Positions 1-8,629 of a stretch of DNA of 32,000 nt are shown here, piece after piece. The stretch lies in NCBI RefSeq assembly GCF_004365815.1, contig NZ_SODD01000002.1, positions 60,001 to 92,000 of the forward strand, read 5' to 3'. The notes under the pieces were generated by a model. The model saw only the letters and a list, made by a program, of their open reading frames with translations. It did not search any database and was not told the DNA's origin. Numbering within the stretch: position 1 is the stretch's first letter; the number at the start of each line of letters is the position of its first letter. The position numbers were made by a program, and so were the translations under genes. The DNA is from Breznakia blatticola (lineage in GTDB: Bacteria > Bacillota_I > Bacilli_A > Erysipelotrichales > Erysipelotrichaceae).

Positions 1-35
1 AAAGTTTAGTGTTACTAAACAGAGAGGAGTTATAT

Positions 36-566
36 ATGGATATTGGATTGAAATTAAAAGAACTACGAACCCAGAATGGGTTAACTTTAGATGAATTGAG
101 CGCCCGTAGTGAACTTTCCAAGGGATTTTTAAGTCAGTTGGAACGTAATCTTACATCACCATCCATCGTAACCCTTCAAGACATTTTAGAAGCACTAGGA
201 ACAAACTTGTCAGAGTTCTTCAATGAAGAAGAAAATCAAAGTGTTTTTCGTGAAGAGGATTATTACGTTAGTGAAAAGGATGGTATTACCACGACTTTTG
301 TTGTGCCTAATGCACAGAAAAATGATATGGAACCAATTCTTTTGACACTCGATGCGAAAAGTAGATCGCAGAGTATTAATCCACATGAAGGAGAAGAATT
401 TGGGTATGTTATCAAAGGAAATGTCACGCTAGTTAATGGGGATAAAAGCGACGAACTTAAACAAGGAGAAACCTTTTATTTGAATGGAAAACATATTCAC
501 TATCTTGTGAATGATTCCAACAATGAGGCAACAATTATTTGGGTTATGAGCCCACCAAATTTTTAA
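36..566 (+). CDS. XRE-family HTH plus C-terminal cupin transcriptional regulator (PuuR-like architecture)
   Basis: N-terminal HTH_3-like segment (IGLKLKELRTQNGLTLDELSARSELSKGFLSQLERN). C-terminal cupin-like segment (HEGEEFGYVIKGNVTL...GETFYL). ATG at 36 follows AGAGGAG; the GTG at 9 in the ORF track is less likely. Stop lies 13 nt before potA. Confidence 0.8.
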   Translation: MDIGLKLKELRTQNGLTLDELSARSELSKGFLSQLERNLTSPSIVTLQDILEALGTNLSEFFNEEENQSVFREEDYYVSEKDGITTTFVVPNAQKNDMEPILLTLDAKSRSQSINPHEGEEFGYVIKGNVTLVNGDKSDELKQGETFYLNGKHIHYLVNDSNNEATIIWVMSPPNF

Positions 567-578
567 AAGGAGAACATT

Positions 579-2150
579 ATGAACAAGATTATTCAGTTTA
601 AAAATATCGTAAAAAGCTTTGATGACCAAGTCATCTTAAAGGGGATTACGTTAGATATTTATGAAAATGAATTCGTAACTTTACTTGGACCATCTGGTTG
701 TGGGAAAACCACATTATTACGAATTTTGGGAGGATTTTTAGAAGCTGATTCTGGTGAAGTGATTTTTGATAATGAAAATATTGCAGATTTACCACCATAT
801 AAAAGAGAGTTAAATACAGTATTTCAAAAGTATGCATTATTTCCGCATATGAATGTATTTGATAATATTGCATTTGGTTTGAAAATTAAAAAGATGAGTG
901 ATGATGTCATTCGTCAAAAAGTTACACGTATGTTGAAATTAGTAAACTTAGAAGGGTATGAGGATCGTAAAATTGATCAACTTTCTGGTGGACAACAACA
1001 ACGTATTGCAATTGCACGTGCACTTGTAAATGAACCAAAAGTACTGTTACTTGATGAACCACTAGGAGCACTAGATTTAAAACTTAGAAAAGAAATGCAA
1101 CTGGAATTAAAAAAGATTCAACAAGAAGTTGGAATCACATTTATTTATGTAACACATGACCAAGAAGAAGCACTAACGATGTCAGATAAAATCGTGGTTA
1201 TGCGTGAAGGAGAAATTGAACAAGTAGGTACACCTGTAGATATTTACAATGAACCAGTAAACGAGTATGTTGCAAACTTCATCGGAGAAAGTAATGTCAT
1301 CGATGGTGTAATGAAAGAAGATTACCTTGTCTCTTTTGATGATAAAGATTACACATGTGTCGATCATGGATTTAAAGAAAATGAAGAAGTAGATATCGTG
1401 ATTCGTCCTGAAGATATTGAAATTGTTGGGCGCGGACGCGGGGTTCTGAATGGGAAAGTAAAATCGATGTTATTTAAAGGAGTACATAATGAAATTATTG
1501 TGGAAACAGCACGTGGGAGTCATGTCGAAGTAACTATGACCATCTATAATAAAGAACCAATCTTTAATGAAGATGCTGGAGAATACATTAGTGCCAACAA
1601 CTTCTATGTCGATGTACAAGATTTCGATGAATTGACAGATGATGATATTATCGCTCGTGCAGATGCACAAGCTTGGGATGCTGAAACTGAAGAATATGTT
1701 GGATTTTCCAATGTGACATATGAAGAATTAGTAGGTGAAGATACATACCCAGTTACTTTCTCAACAAGTAAAGGAACAAGTATTACCATTCAAATGATTG
1801 GGGTAAAACAACGCTATATTCAAGATGAGAAAAAACGTATTGGGATTGCAGCTTTTGATTTCTTTAAAACACTTGATGAAATTGAAGAATCACAAGCACT
1901 TGATACAGATTTAAAGACTTGGGCAGATGCAGTAAGTTGGGATTTAGATACAGATGAAGCAATTGAAGTGCGTAATGTTGATTACGATTTTGAAATTGAA
2001 GATTTAAAACCAGGTAAATATAAAGTATCATTCTCGACAGTTGGACGTGAGTTCAAAATTCATACGACGAAATCAAGTGAAGTCGATAAAAACGTTGGGT
2101 TATCATTTGGTCCAGAAGATATCCATGTAATGGAAAAAATGGGGTTCTAA
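579..2150 (+). CDS. potA: Spermidine/putrescine ABC importer ATPase PotA, with a ~175-aa insertion in the C-terminal regulatory domain
   Basis: Walker [11 protein letters not shown]-loop, signature LSGGQQQR, Walker [13 protein letters not shown]-loop THDQ. PotA-type tail (ANFIGESN ... [13 protein letters not shown]). RBS AAGGAG upstream. Followed by potB/potC/potD-like genes. Confidence 0.9.
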   Translation: MNKIIQFKNIVKSFDDQVILKGITLDIYENEFVTLLGPSGCGKTTLLRILGGFLEADSGEVIFDNENIADLPPYKRELNTVFQKYALFPHMNVFDNIAFGLKIKKMSDDVIRQKVTRMLKLVNLEGYEDRKIDQLSGGQQQRIAIARALVNEPKVLLLDEPLGALDLKLRKEMQLELKKIQQEVGITFIYVTHDQEEALTMSDKIVVMREGEIEQVGTPVDIYNEPVNEYVANFIGESNVIDGVMKEDYLVSFDDKDYTCVDHGFKENEEVDIVIRPEDIEIVGRGRGVLNGKVKSMLFKGVHNEIIVETARGSHVEVTMTIYNKEPIFNEDAGEYISANNFYVDVQDFDELTDDDIIARADAQAWDAETEEYVGFSNVTYEELVGEDTYPVTFSTSKGTSITIQMIGVKQRYIQDEKKRIGIAAFDFFKTLDEIEESQALDTDLKTWADAVSWDLDTDEAIEVRNVDYDFEIEDLKPGKYKVSFSTVGREFKIHTTKSSEVDKNVGLSFGPEDIHVMEKMGF

Positions 2151-2151
2151 G

Positions 2152-2976
2152 ATGAACAACTATAGACGACTTATCCAACCATACGTGCTTTGGATTAGCA
2201 TCTTTCTAGTGTTGCCAATGATATTGATCGTACTTTATGCATTTACAACAGGAGGAAACGATGTACTAACTTTCCATTTTACTTTGGACAACTTTGCACG
2301 ATTCTTTAATGATAATGTGTTTATTGGAGTTTTGATTGACTCGTTTCGAATTGCTTTAATTACAACGATTCTTTGTATTATTATTGGATATCCTGCAGCT
2401 TATTTTATTAGTAAGATGCAAGTAAAAAGCAATGCATTCTTTATTCTTTTAATTACTTTACCGATGTGGATTAACATGTTAGTTCGTACATATGCATGGG
2501 TTGGTATTTTAAGTGATAATGGAGTTATCAATAATATCCTATCATTCTTTGGTTTAGGACCATTGCATATGATTCATACAGAATTTGCGATTGTGCTTGG
2601 AATGGTGTATAACTTCTTACCATTTATGATATTGCAAATTCATGCATCACTTTCAAAAATGGATCCATCTTTAGTTGAAGCAAGTAGTGATTTAGGAGCA
2701 AGTAAATTTGAAACGTTTAAACGTATTATTTTCCCACTTTCATTACCTGGAGTGATTAGTGGAATTACGTTAGTATTCTTACCAGCAACAAGTTCGTTTT
2801 TTATTCAACGTCTACTTGGAGGAGGAACAATCTTAGTTGGTAACTTGATTGAAAACTATTTCGTGACAACAGGTGACTGGAACTTTGGTAGTGCGATTAG
2901 TTTAATTATGGCTGTAATTATTATGCTTTCGATGTACTTCACCAATAAATTGGATAAAGAAAGAGGTGAAGACTAA
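2152..2976 (+). CDS. potB: Polyamine ABC importer permease, PotB-like
   Basis: Six hydrophobic segments and an EAA-loop-like motif (EASSDLGASKFETFKRIIFPLSLPG). Starts 1 nt after the potA stop; its stop overlaps the next start (ATGA-type junction at 2976). Confidence 0.85.
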   Translation: MNNYRRLIQPYVLWISIFLVLPMILIVLYAFTTGGNDVLTFHFTLDNFARFFNDNVFIGVLIDSFRIALITTILCIIIGYPAAYFISKMQVKSNAFFILLITLPMWINMLVRTYAWVGILSDNGVINNILSFFGLGPLHMIHTEFAIVLGMVYNFLPFMILQIHASLSKMDPSLVEASSDLGASKFETFKRIIFPLSLPGVISGITLVFLPATSSFFIQRLLGGGTILVGNLIENYFVTTGDWNFGSAISLIMAVIIMLSMYFTNKLDKERGED

Positions 2977-4838
2977 TGAAAGAGAAATATGGTTCAAAAG
3001 TATTTTTAGGATTGTTGATGGTGTTTTTCTACCTACCAATCTTATATATGATTGTCTTCTCATTTAACGGAAGCAAGTCTTTATCAAAATTTACAGGCTT
3101 CTCATTGCGTTGGTACGAACAAATGTTTGCCAATAAATCAATGATTGAAGCGATCTATTATACGGTTGTAATCGCCATACTTGCGACAATCATTTCAACA
3201 GTTGTTGGAACACTTGCAAGTATTGGTTTATCGAAATCAAAAAAAGTATTAAAAACTTATGTTGAGCAAATTAACAATTTGCCAATTATGAACCCAGAAA
3301 TTGTAACTGCAATTGGGTTGATGTTATTTTTTACCACAATGAAAATTGAAAAGGGATTTATAACATTATTACTTGCGCATATTGCTTTTTGTATTCCGTA
3401 TGTCATGTTAAGTGTAAGTCCAAGATTACGACGTTTGGATCCTAACTTAGCCAATGCAGCAATGGATTTGGGAGCTACACCAAGTTATGCCTTACGTAAA
3501 GTTATTATTCCGCAATTGATGCCAGGTATTGTTGCTGGTGCACTAATTGCCTTTACGATGAGTTTTGATGATTTTATCATTTCATATTTCGTATCAGGAA
3601 ATGGAATTAAAAATATTTCGATTCTTGTATATACAATGAGTAAACGAATCAATCCATCCATTAATGCGTTATCCACAATTATTGTTGTTATTATCACAAT
3701 TGTCTTAATTGTGGTGAACTTAATGAGTATGAAAAAAACAAAGACCAACAAAACGGGGCAACGGATTGGACTTGCAGTTGTTGCTGCATGTGTAGGACTT
3801 ACCATCTTTGGTCTGCAAAAACTTAGAAGTAATACAGGTGGAGATTTTGATCCAATTGAAACGTACGGTTGTGATACGTTAAATGTATTTAATGCTGGAG
3901 AATATATTGGTGAAGATACGATTGCCAAATTTGAAAAGAAATACAATGTACATGTAAATTATTCACTGTTTGCCTCAAATGAAGAGATGTACACAAAATT
4001 GTTAAGTGGTGAATCATACGATGTACTTGTTCCTAGTGATTATATGATTGAACAACTGATGCAAGAAGATCGCTTACAGAAAATCAATTTAGATCACATT
4101 AAAAATTATGATGCATTAAGTCCAATGGTAACTGGTCTTGATTACGATCCGAAAAATGAATACAGTATTCCATATTTCTGGGGTAGTGTAGGAATTATGT
4201 ACAACAAAAATAAAGTTTCACAAGAAGACTTAGAAACAGAAGGATTTGGAATATTACAAAATCCAAAATACAAAGGACGCATCTTTGTTTATGATAGTGA
4301 ACGTGATTCATTTATGATGGCATTAAAACATCTAGGATATTCGATGAATACGAGTAACTTAGATGAGATTAATGAAGCCTATGAATGGTTACGTGATATT
4401 CGAGCAAATGATCCAGTATTTGTTACTGACGAAGTTATTGATGGAATGATCAATGGTGAAAAAGATATTGCAGTTGTATACAGTGGTGATGCAACATACA
4501 TTCAAATGGAAAATCCAGACATGGCATATTATGAGCCATTGGAAGGTACAAATATTTGGAGTGATGCAATGGTAATTCCAAAAAACAGTGCATGTCCATT
4601 ATTAGCAGAAGCATATATCGATTTCAATTTAGATGAAACAATTGCTTATGAAAACTCAGAATATGTTGGATATACATCAAGTGTACAAAGTGTTATGGAT
4701 GATTTAATCGCTGGTGAATTCAAAGATTTACCAAGTTATTTACCACGTAGTGGTTATGATAAAGATGAAATCTTTAAATACAATCCAAAGATTCGAAAAG
4801 TGATTTCCGAATTGTGGGTTAAAGTAAAAGCAAAATAG
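2976..4838 (+). CDS. Fusion protein: PotC-like permease (aa 1-250) plus PotD-like polyamine-binding protein (aa ~290-620)
   Basis: N-terminal half has the permease EAA loop (AAMDLGATPSYALRKVIIPQLMPG). C-terminal half is PotD-like (YDVLVPSDYM, IPYFWGSVGIMYN, DAMVIPKNS). The junction carries a signal-peptide/lipobox-like segment, MKKTKTNKTGQRIGLAVVAAC. Confidence 0.85.
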   Translation: MKEKYGSKVFLGLLMVFFYLPILYMIVFSFNGSKSLSKFTGFSLRWYEQMFANKSMIEAIYYTVVIAILATIISTVVGTLASIGLSKSKKVLKTYVEQINNLPIMNPEIVTAIGLMLFFTTMKIEKGFITLLLAHIAFCIPYVMLSVSPRLRRLDPNLANAAMDLGATPSYALRKVIIPQLMPGIVAGALIAFTMSFDDFIISYFVSGNGIKNISILVYTMSKRINPSINALSTIIVVIITIVLIVVNLMSMKKTKTNKTGQRIGLAVVAACVGLTIFGLQKLRSNTGGDFDPIETYGCDTLNVFNAGEYIGEDTIAKFEKKYNVHVNYSLFASNEEMYTKLLSGESYDVLVPSDYMIEQLMQEDRLQKINLDHIKNYDALSPMVTGLDYDPKNEYSIPYFWGSVGIMYNKNKVSQEDLETEGFGILQNPKYKGRIFVYDSERDSFMMALKHLGYSMNTSNLDEINEAYEWLRDIRANDPVFVTDEVIDGMINGEKDIAVVYSGDATYIQMENPDMAYYEPLEGTNIWSDAMVIPKNSACPLLAEAYIDFNLDETIAYENSEYVGYTSSVQSVMDDLIAGEFKDLPSYLPRSGYDKDEIFKYNPKIRKVISELWVKVKAK

Positions 4839-4840
4839 TA

Positions 4841-4874
4841 AAAAGCGTGAGTTAGAAATAGCTCATGCTTTTTT
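4841..4874 (+). terminator. Rho-independent terminator of the pot operon
   Basis: Stem AGCGTGAG (4844-4851) pairs with CTCATGCT (4862-4869), including one G-U pair. A T-run follows. Confidence 0.75.
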
Positions 4875-4877
4875 ATG

Positions 4878-4906
4878 ATGACAAAGTGGCTGGGTTTTGT
4901 TATACT
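4878..4906 (+). promoter_or_regulatory. Sigma-A type promoter for the ABC-F gene (ATGACA-17-TGtTATACT)
   Basis: -35-like ATGACA at 4878-4883, a 17-nt spacer, and extended -10 TGtTATACT with TATACT at 4901-4906. Confidence 0.55.
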
Positions 4907-4929
4907 ATCAAAAGAGAGGTGGTGTTGTA

Positions 4930-5002
4930 ATGTACGTAAACAAATAGATCAATGAAAAATACAACGTTCATGTCTATTGTCCCTTCAACAAAGAAAGGGA
5001 GG
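4930..5002 (+). promoter_or_regulatory. Candidate leader: 5-codon uORF (MYVNK) plus two hairpins, the second covering the ABC-F Shine-Dalgarno
   Basis: uORF ATG TAC GTA AAC AAA TAG at 4930-4947, preceded by AGAGGTGGTG. Hairpin 1 is AATAGA..ATGAA / TTCAT..TCTATT (4943-4978) and contains the uORF stop. Hairpin 2 is TCCCTT (4980-4985) / AAGGGA (4995-5000) and overlaps the SD AAGGGAGG. Confidence 0.35.
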
Positions 5003-5009
5003 TTTACTT

Positions 5010-6533
5010 ATGCAAAACACACTACAAGTTAAAAACGTTACACTTAGCGATATAAGTGGGAAAGTGATGGTTGAAGATTTAAGCTTCATCATCAATCAAA
5101 AAGATAAAATGGCAATTATTGGCGAAGAGGGAAATGGAAAAAGTACCTTATTGAAAGCCATCTACAATCCTATGTGGATTGAACAATATGCAAAACTATC
5201 AGGAACAATCGACATGCAATTTTCACTCGTGGCATATCTAGCGCAAAAACTAGAGGCGAAGTGGAATGCATGTTTTTTATATGAATACTTGTTGAGGGAC
5301 GAAATAGACGAAGAATGTGATTACAATCGATACCAGAGGTATGAAGAAATTTGTGCTTCTATCCACATCGATAACGAACTGTTGTATAAAGATCAAAAAA
5401 TGAGTTCTCTAAGTGGAGGAGAACGTGTAAAAATGCAAATTGTAAAGATGTTGTATCATCAACCAGATTTGCTTTTAATGGATGAGCCAACCAATGATAT
5501 CGATTTAGAAACAATTGAATGGTTAACTACATTTATTAAAGAAAGTGATGCGACCATTGTGTTTATTTCACACGATATCGAACTTATTGATGCGTGTGCT
5601 GATGTGATTTTACATCTTGAGCAACGAAATAAACGCAATAAACCTGTTTGGTCATTGCACTATGAAAACTATCATAGTTATGCTAAAAATCGTAATGAGA
5701 AGTATGAAGAAGATGTGCGCATTACACAAAAAGAAAAACGTGTCCACAAAGCAAAGATGGATCACATGAATGATTTAAAAAATAAAGTAACGCATGCACA
5801 CAATAGTGTATCTAGACAAAATCCTGCAATGGGACGCTTATTAAAAAAGAAGATGCGTGTGGTTAAAGGTATTGAAAGACGCATGAGTGAAGAAGATTTC
5901 TCAATTGATACGTATGAAGAATCGATTCATTTGAAATTAGCGGATACTGGATATCCTGCAGGTAAAGAAATTATTCACTTTGAACAAGATGTGTATATTC
6001 AGGATCGCCTACTTGTACAAGATGCAAATCTTGAAATGTATGGAAAAGATAAAGTAGCACTTATTGGAAATAATGGTACGGGTAAAAGTGTCATGCTAAA
6101 AGCAATCTATGCTATGATGCAAGAAAAAGAGTTGGATGTTATTTATATGCCACAAAACTATGAAGAACTACTTGATTATCAAGTAAGTCCAATTGACTTT
6201 ATGCTTGAAAAAACGACTTTATTACTTGCTGATGTACAAACTCTACTTGGTTCGATTCACTTATCGGTACGTGAAATGAGTGAGCCTATTGGTTCACTTA
6301 GTGAAGGGCAAAAAGCAAAAGTTTGCTTAGCATATGTAATTGCAAAAAATCCAAAAGTACTTATTATGGATGAACCAACGCGAAACATATCTCCATTAAG
6401 TAAACCTGTACTTATTGAATTATTAGAGAATTATAAAGGTGCACTTTTATTAACGACACATGATCGTTTCGTGTTAGATTCCTTAAATCTAAGTATATAC
6501 AAAATAGAAAATCAAAAATTGTATAAATTATAA
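5010..6533 (+). CDS. ABC-F family ATPase (two tandem nucleotide-binding domains, no membrane domain); possible ribosome-associated/antibiotic-resistance type
   Basis: NBD1: GEEGNGKST, LSGGERVK, LLLMDEPTNDID. A charged ~85-aa linker follows (KEKRVHKAKMDHMNDLKNK...). NBD2: GNNGTGKSV, LSEGQKAK, LIMDEPTRNIS. ATG at 5010 has an AAGGGAGG SD; the track start at 4977 lacks one. Confidence 0.85.
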   Translation: MQNTLQVKNVTLSDISGKVMVEDLSFIINQKDKMAIIGEEGNGKSTLLKAIYNPMWIEQYAKLSGTIDMQFSLVAYLAQKLEAKWNACFLYEYLLRDEIDEECDYNRYQRYEEICASIHIDNELLYKDQKMSSLSGGERVKMQIVKMLYHQPDLLLMDEPTNDIDLETIEWLTTFIKESDATIVFISHDIELIDACADVILHLEQRNKRNKPVWSLHYENYHSYAKNRNEKYEEDVRITQKEKRVHKAKMDHMNDLKNKVTHAHNSVSRQNPAMGRLLKKKMRVVKGIERRMSEEDFSIDTYEESIHLKLADTGYPAGKEIIHFEQDVYIQDRLLVQDANLEMYGKDKVALIGNNGTGKSVMLKAIYAMMQEKELDVIYMPQNYEELLDYQVSPIDFMLEKTTLLLADVQTLLGSIHLSVREMSEPIGSLSEGQKAKVCLAYVIAKNPKVLIMDEPTRNISPLSKPVLIELLENYKGALLLTTHDRFVLDSLNLSIYKIENQKLYKL

Positions 6534-6662
6534 TTCATCAAATTCCATTTGATTTGTCACACGTTTTCATTTCCTCGTGTATAATATAAGTATAGAAGCT
6601 ATGTTATATGAAAAGGAAGTGATACCATCAAACACAATATTTCAGTAGAAGTAGGCGTAGAT

Positions 6663-6893
6663 ATGAGTGGTGTTTCAAAACAAACAAAGAAACTGTATCT
6701 GAAGAAAAATCGGATCATTATCTCATTGGAACTAAATAAATTGGCAAGCCAAAAAATGATTCAAGATGTAAGTCAAAGCATACTGCATAAGACTGCAGTT
6801 CATAACATAGCTAGAGCATTTACGCGACACGATTTGGACTATGTTTCATTTTGTGTGGATTCAACAAAAGATATTACATATTTGACTCATTAA
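6663..6893 (+). CDS. Hypothetical small protein, possible ribbon-helix-helix (CopG-like) DNA binder
   Basis: The segment KKNRIIISLELNKLASQKMIQDVSQSILHKTAVHNIARAF fits a strand-helix-turn-helix RHH pattern. Extended -10 TGTATAAT lies near 6578 and a bidirectional terminator follows the stop. The SD is weak, so coding status is uncertain. Confidence 0.3.
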   Translation: MSGVSKQTKKLYLKKNRIIISLELNKLASQKMIQDVSQSILHKTAVHNIARAFTRHDLDYVSFCVDSTKDITYLTH

Positions 6894-6906
6894 ATCATTG
6901 GCAAAA

Positions 6907-6938
6907 GAAAAGCACTTCATCATTTTGAAGTGCTTTTG
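6907..6938. terminator. Bidirectional rho-independent terminator between convergent genes
   Basis: Stem AGCACTTCA (6911-6919) / TGAAGTGCT (6926-6934), with an A-run upstream and a T-run downstream. Confidence 0.8.
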
Positions 6939-6940
6939 CC

Positions 6941-7429
6941 TTATCTAAACATCCAACCAAAGAAGAATTGGAAAATCATCAAATAAAAGAATACTTGGAA
7001 GATTAATACAATAATTCTTGATAGACCACTTTGACGTGGTTGATTGCTACGTTGATAGTAGTATTGTTGTCCGCCATAGCTATTTCTTTGTTGTTGCTGT
7101 TGTGCTTGCGCTCTAAAAATTTGCTCAAAGAAATCATTCATATCTGTAAACTGTGCACCTTGTTGTGAACGTCCATAGTATTGTTGATATGCCTGTTGCT
7201 GTTGTTGATATTGACCAGCATTATGTCCATAACGATCGTATGCAGCTTTCTTATCCGCATCACTAAGGTTTTCGTATGCTTCATTTACTTCTTTAAATTT
7301 CGCTTCTGCATCCGCTGCCTTGTTTACATCGGGATGATACATTTTTGCTTTTTTTCGGTATGCTTTTTTAATTTCATCTGGAGTTGCAGTTTTACTGACT
7401 CCAAGTACTTCGTAATAATCTCTTTTCAT
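6941..7429 (-). CDS. J-domain protein with a Q/Y-rich low-complexity linker and a C-terminal hydrophobic tail
   Basis: Canonical J domain ([33 protein letters not shown] with HPD). No Zn-finger or DnaJ C-terminal domains. Gln/Tyr-rich stretch ([21 protein letters not shown]...[17 protein letters not shown]). Tail [23 protein letters not shown]. The start at MKRDYY (7429) is preferred over 7465. Confidence 0.8.
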   Translation of the reverse strand: MKRDYYEVLGVSKTATPDEIKKAYRKKAKMYHPDVNKAADAEAKFKEVNEAYENLSDADKKAAYDRYGHNAGQYQQQQQAYQQYYGRSQQGAQFTDMNDFFEQIFRAQAQQQQQRNSYGGQQYYYQRSNQPRQSGLSRIIVLIFQVFFYLMIFQFFFGWMFR

Positions 7430-7532
7430 TGTGCACATCATAAACCGAAACGAAGAAAAATACAAGTGTTGAAATAACTTTCAGTATTTGTTCACATTTT
7501 GCTATAATAAAAACGGAAAAGGGGAATCGATT

Positions 7533-8615
7533 ATGAACGAACAAATGAATCAAGTGTTACGAACACCATCCAATTACTTACAAGGAATAAATATTACGTT
7601 AGATTTATCCAATGTGTTGGAACTTAGTGAAGATGCAAAGATATTAATTATTGTTGATACGTATACGATGAAAGATTATCGCCAGCGAATTGAAAAATCG
7701 CTAGATACTGCACAAATGTTTGAGTTTGTCGTATTTGAAGGTTTACTAACTATGGAACGTTTAGAAGTGATTGTTAAAGAACATGAAGAATTAGATTACG
7801 ATATGGTTCTTGGTTTTGGTGGAGGTACGATTATGGATGTTGCAAAAGCAGTATCTACGTTGCTTCAAACTACGGTTGTCTTAGTTCCAAGTATTGCTTC
7901 AACGGATGGACCATGTTCTCGACTGTCAGCAATTTATCATGAAGATGGTGGTTTCTCACACTATATGGTGCGTGAACAATCACCAGAATATGTCATCGTG
8001 GATTTATATATATTATCATTAGCACCAGTACGTACATTTATTGCTGGAATTGGTGATGCACTATCTACGTATGTAGAAGCTAATGCTTGCTATTTATCAA
8101 TGTCAGTAAATGATGCAGGGGGTCTAGATACATTCTCCTCATTAATGATTGCACGAAGTTGCAAGGAAATCATCTTTGAAGATGCAGTTGATGCAGTAAA
8201 AAGTTTGCAAGAAAAAATGATTACACCATCATTCAAACGAATGATTGAAGCGAATATATATTTAAGTGGAATTGGTTTTGAAAGTGGTGGATTATCTATT
8301 GCACATGCACTGCATAATGGATTAACAAAGCTTAGAAGTGAGCGTCGATTCATGCATGGAGAAGTAATTGCATACACAACACTTGTTCAGCTAGCTACTG
8401 AAAATAGTCATGAATTTACACAATATAGAGATCTATGTTTACAACTTGGTTTACCAACGAAACTTGCTGATTTTGGTTTAACTTTAGATGAAAAGGTAAA
8501 AACAATCATTGAACAAACATGTTTCTTTGAAGGTAGTAGTATGTATCATGTACCTTATGAAATCAGTCCTGAAATTGTATTTCAAGCAATGGAATTTGTA
8601 GAGAAGAGAATTTGA
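7533..8615 (+). CDS. gldA: Glycerol dehydrogenase (iron-containing alcohol dehydrogenase family)
   Basis: GGGTIMDVAKA, SIASTDGPCS, GDALSTYVEA, HALHNGLT and HGEVIAYT motifs. ATG at 7533 follows AAAGGGG. Extended -10 TGCTATAAT at 7500-7508. Confidence 0.85.
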   Translation: MNEQMNQVLRTPSNYLQGINITLDLSNVLELSEDAKILIIVDTYTMKDYRQRIEKSLDTAQMFEFVVFEGLLTMERLEVIVKEHEELDYDMVLGFGGGTIMDVAKAVSTLLQTTVVLVPSIASTDGPCSRLSAIYHEDGGFSHYMVREQSPEYVIVDLYILSLAPVRTFIAGIGDALSTYVEANACYLSMSVNDAGGLDTFSSLMIARSCKEIIFEDAVDAVKSLQEKMITPSFKRMIEANIYLSGIGFESGGLSIAHALHNGLTKLRSERRFMHGEVIAYTTLVQLATENSHEFTQYRDLCLQLGLPTKLADFGLTLDEKVKTIIEQTCFFEGSSMYHVPYEISPEIVFQAMEFVEKRI

Positions 8616-8628
8616 TCTTCTCTTTTTT
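8601..8628 (+). terminator. Rho-independent terminator after gldA
   Basis: Stem GAGAAGA (8601-8607) / TCTTCTC (8616-8622) followed by T6. The stem overlaps the stop codon. Confidence 0.75.
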
Positions 8629-8629
8629 G

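Noticed and set aside
3485-3946. 153-aa minus-strand ORF, with similar antisense ORFs at 429-629, 646-873, 1182-1789, 8090-8377, 15411-15866, 21633-21917, 22701-23804 and 29898-30397
   Set aside because: All lie fully inside well-supported genes on the opposite strand. They have low-complexity or odd composition, no SD and no recognisable motifs. They are typical shadow ORFs.
7020-7230. CAA/CAG/TTG-rich tract considered as a microsatellite or phase-variation repeat
   Set aside because: The codon runs are imperfect and interrupted, with no exact tandem unit beyond a few copies. The tract is better described as a low-complexity coding region and is covered under the J-protein finding.
7181-7477. 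98-aa plus-strand ORF antisense to the J-domain gene
   Set aside because: The Leu/Cys/Phe-rich sequence arises from reading the CAA/CAG/TAT-rich J-protein linker backwards. There is no SD, and the J domain on the other strand is unambiguous.
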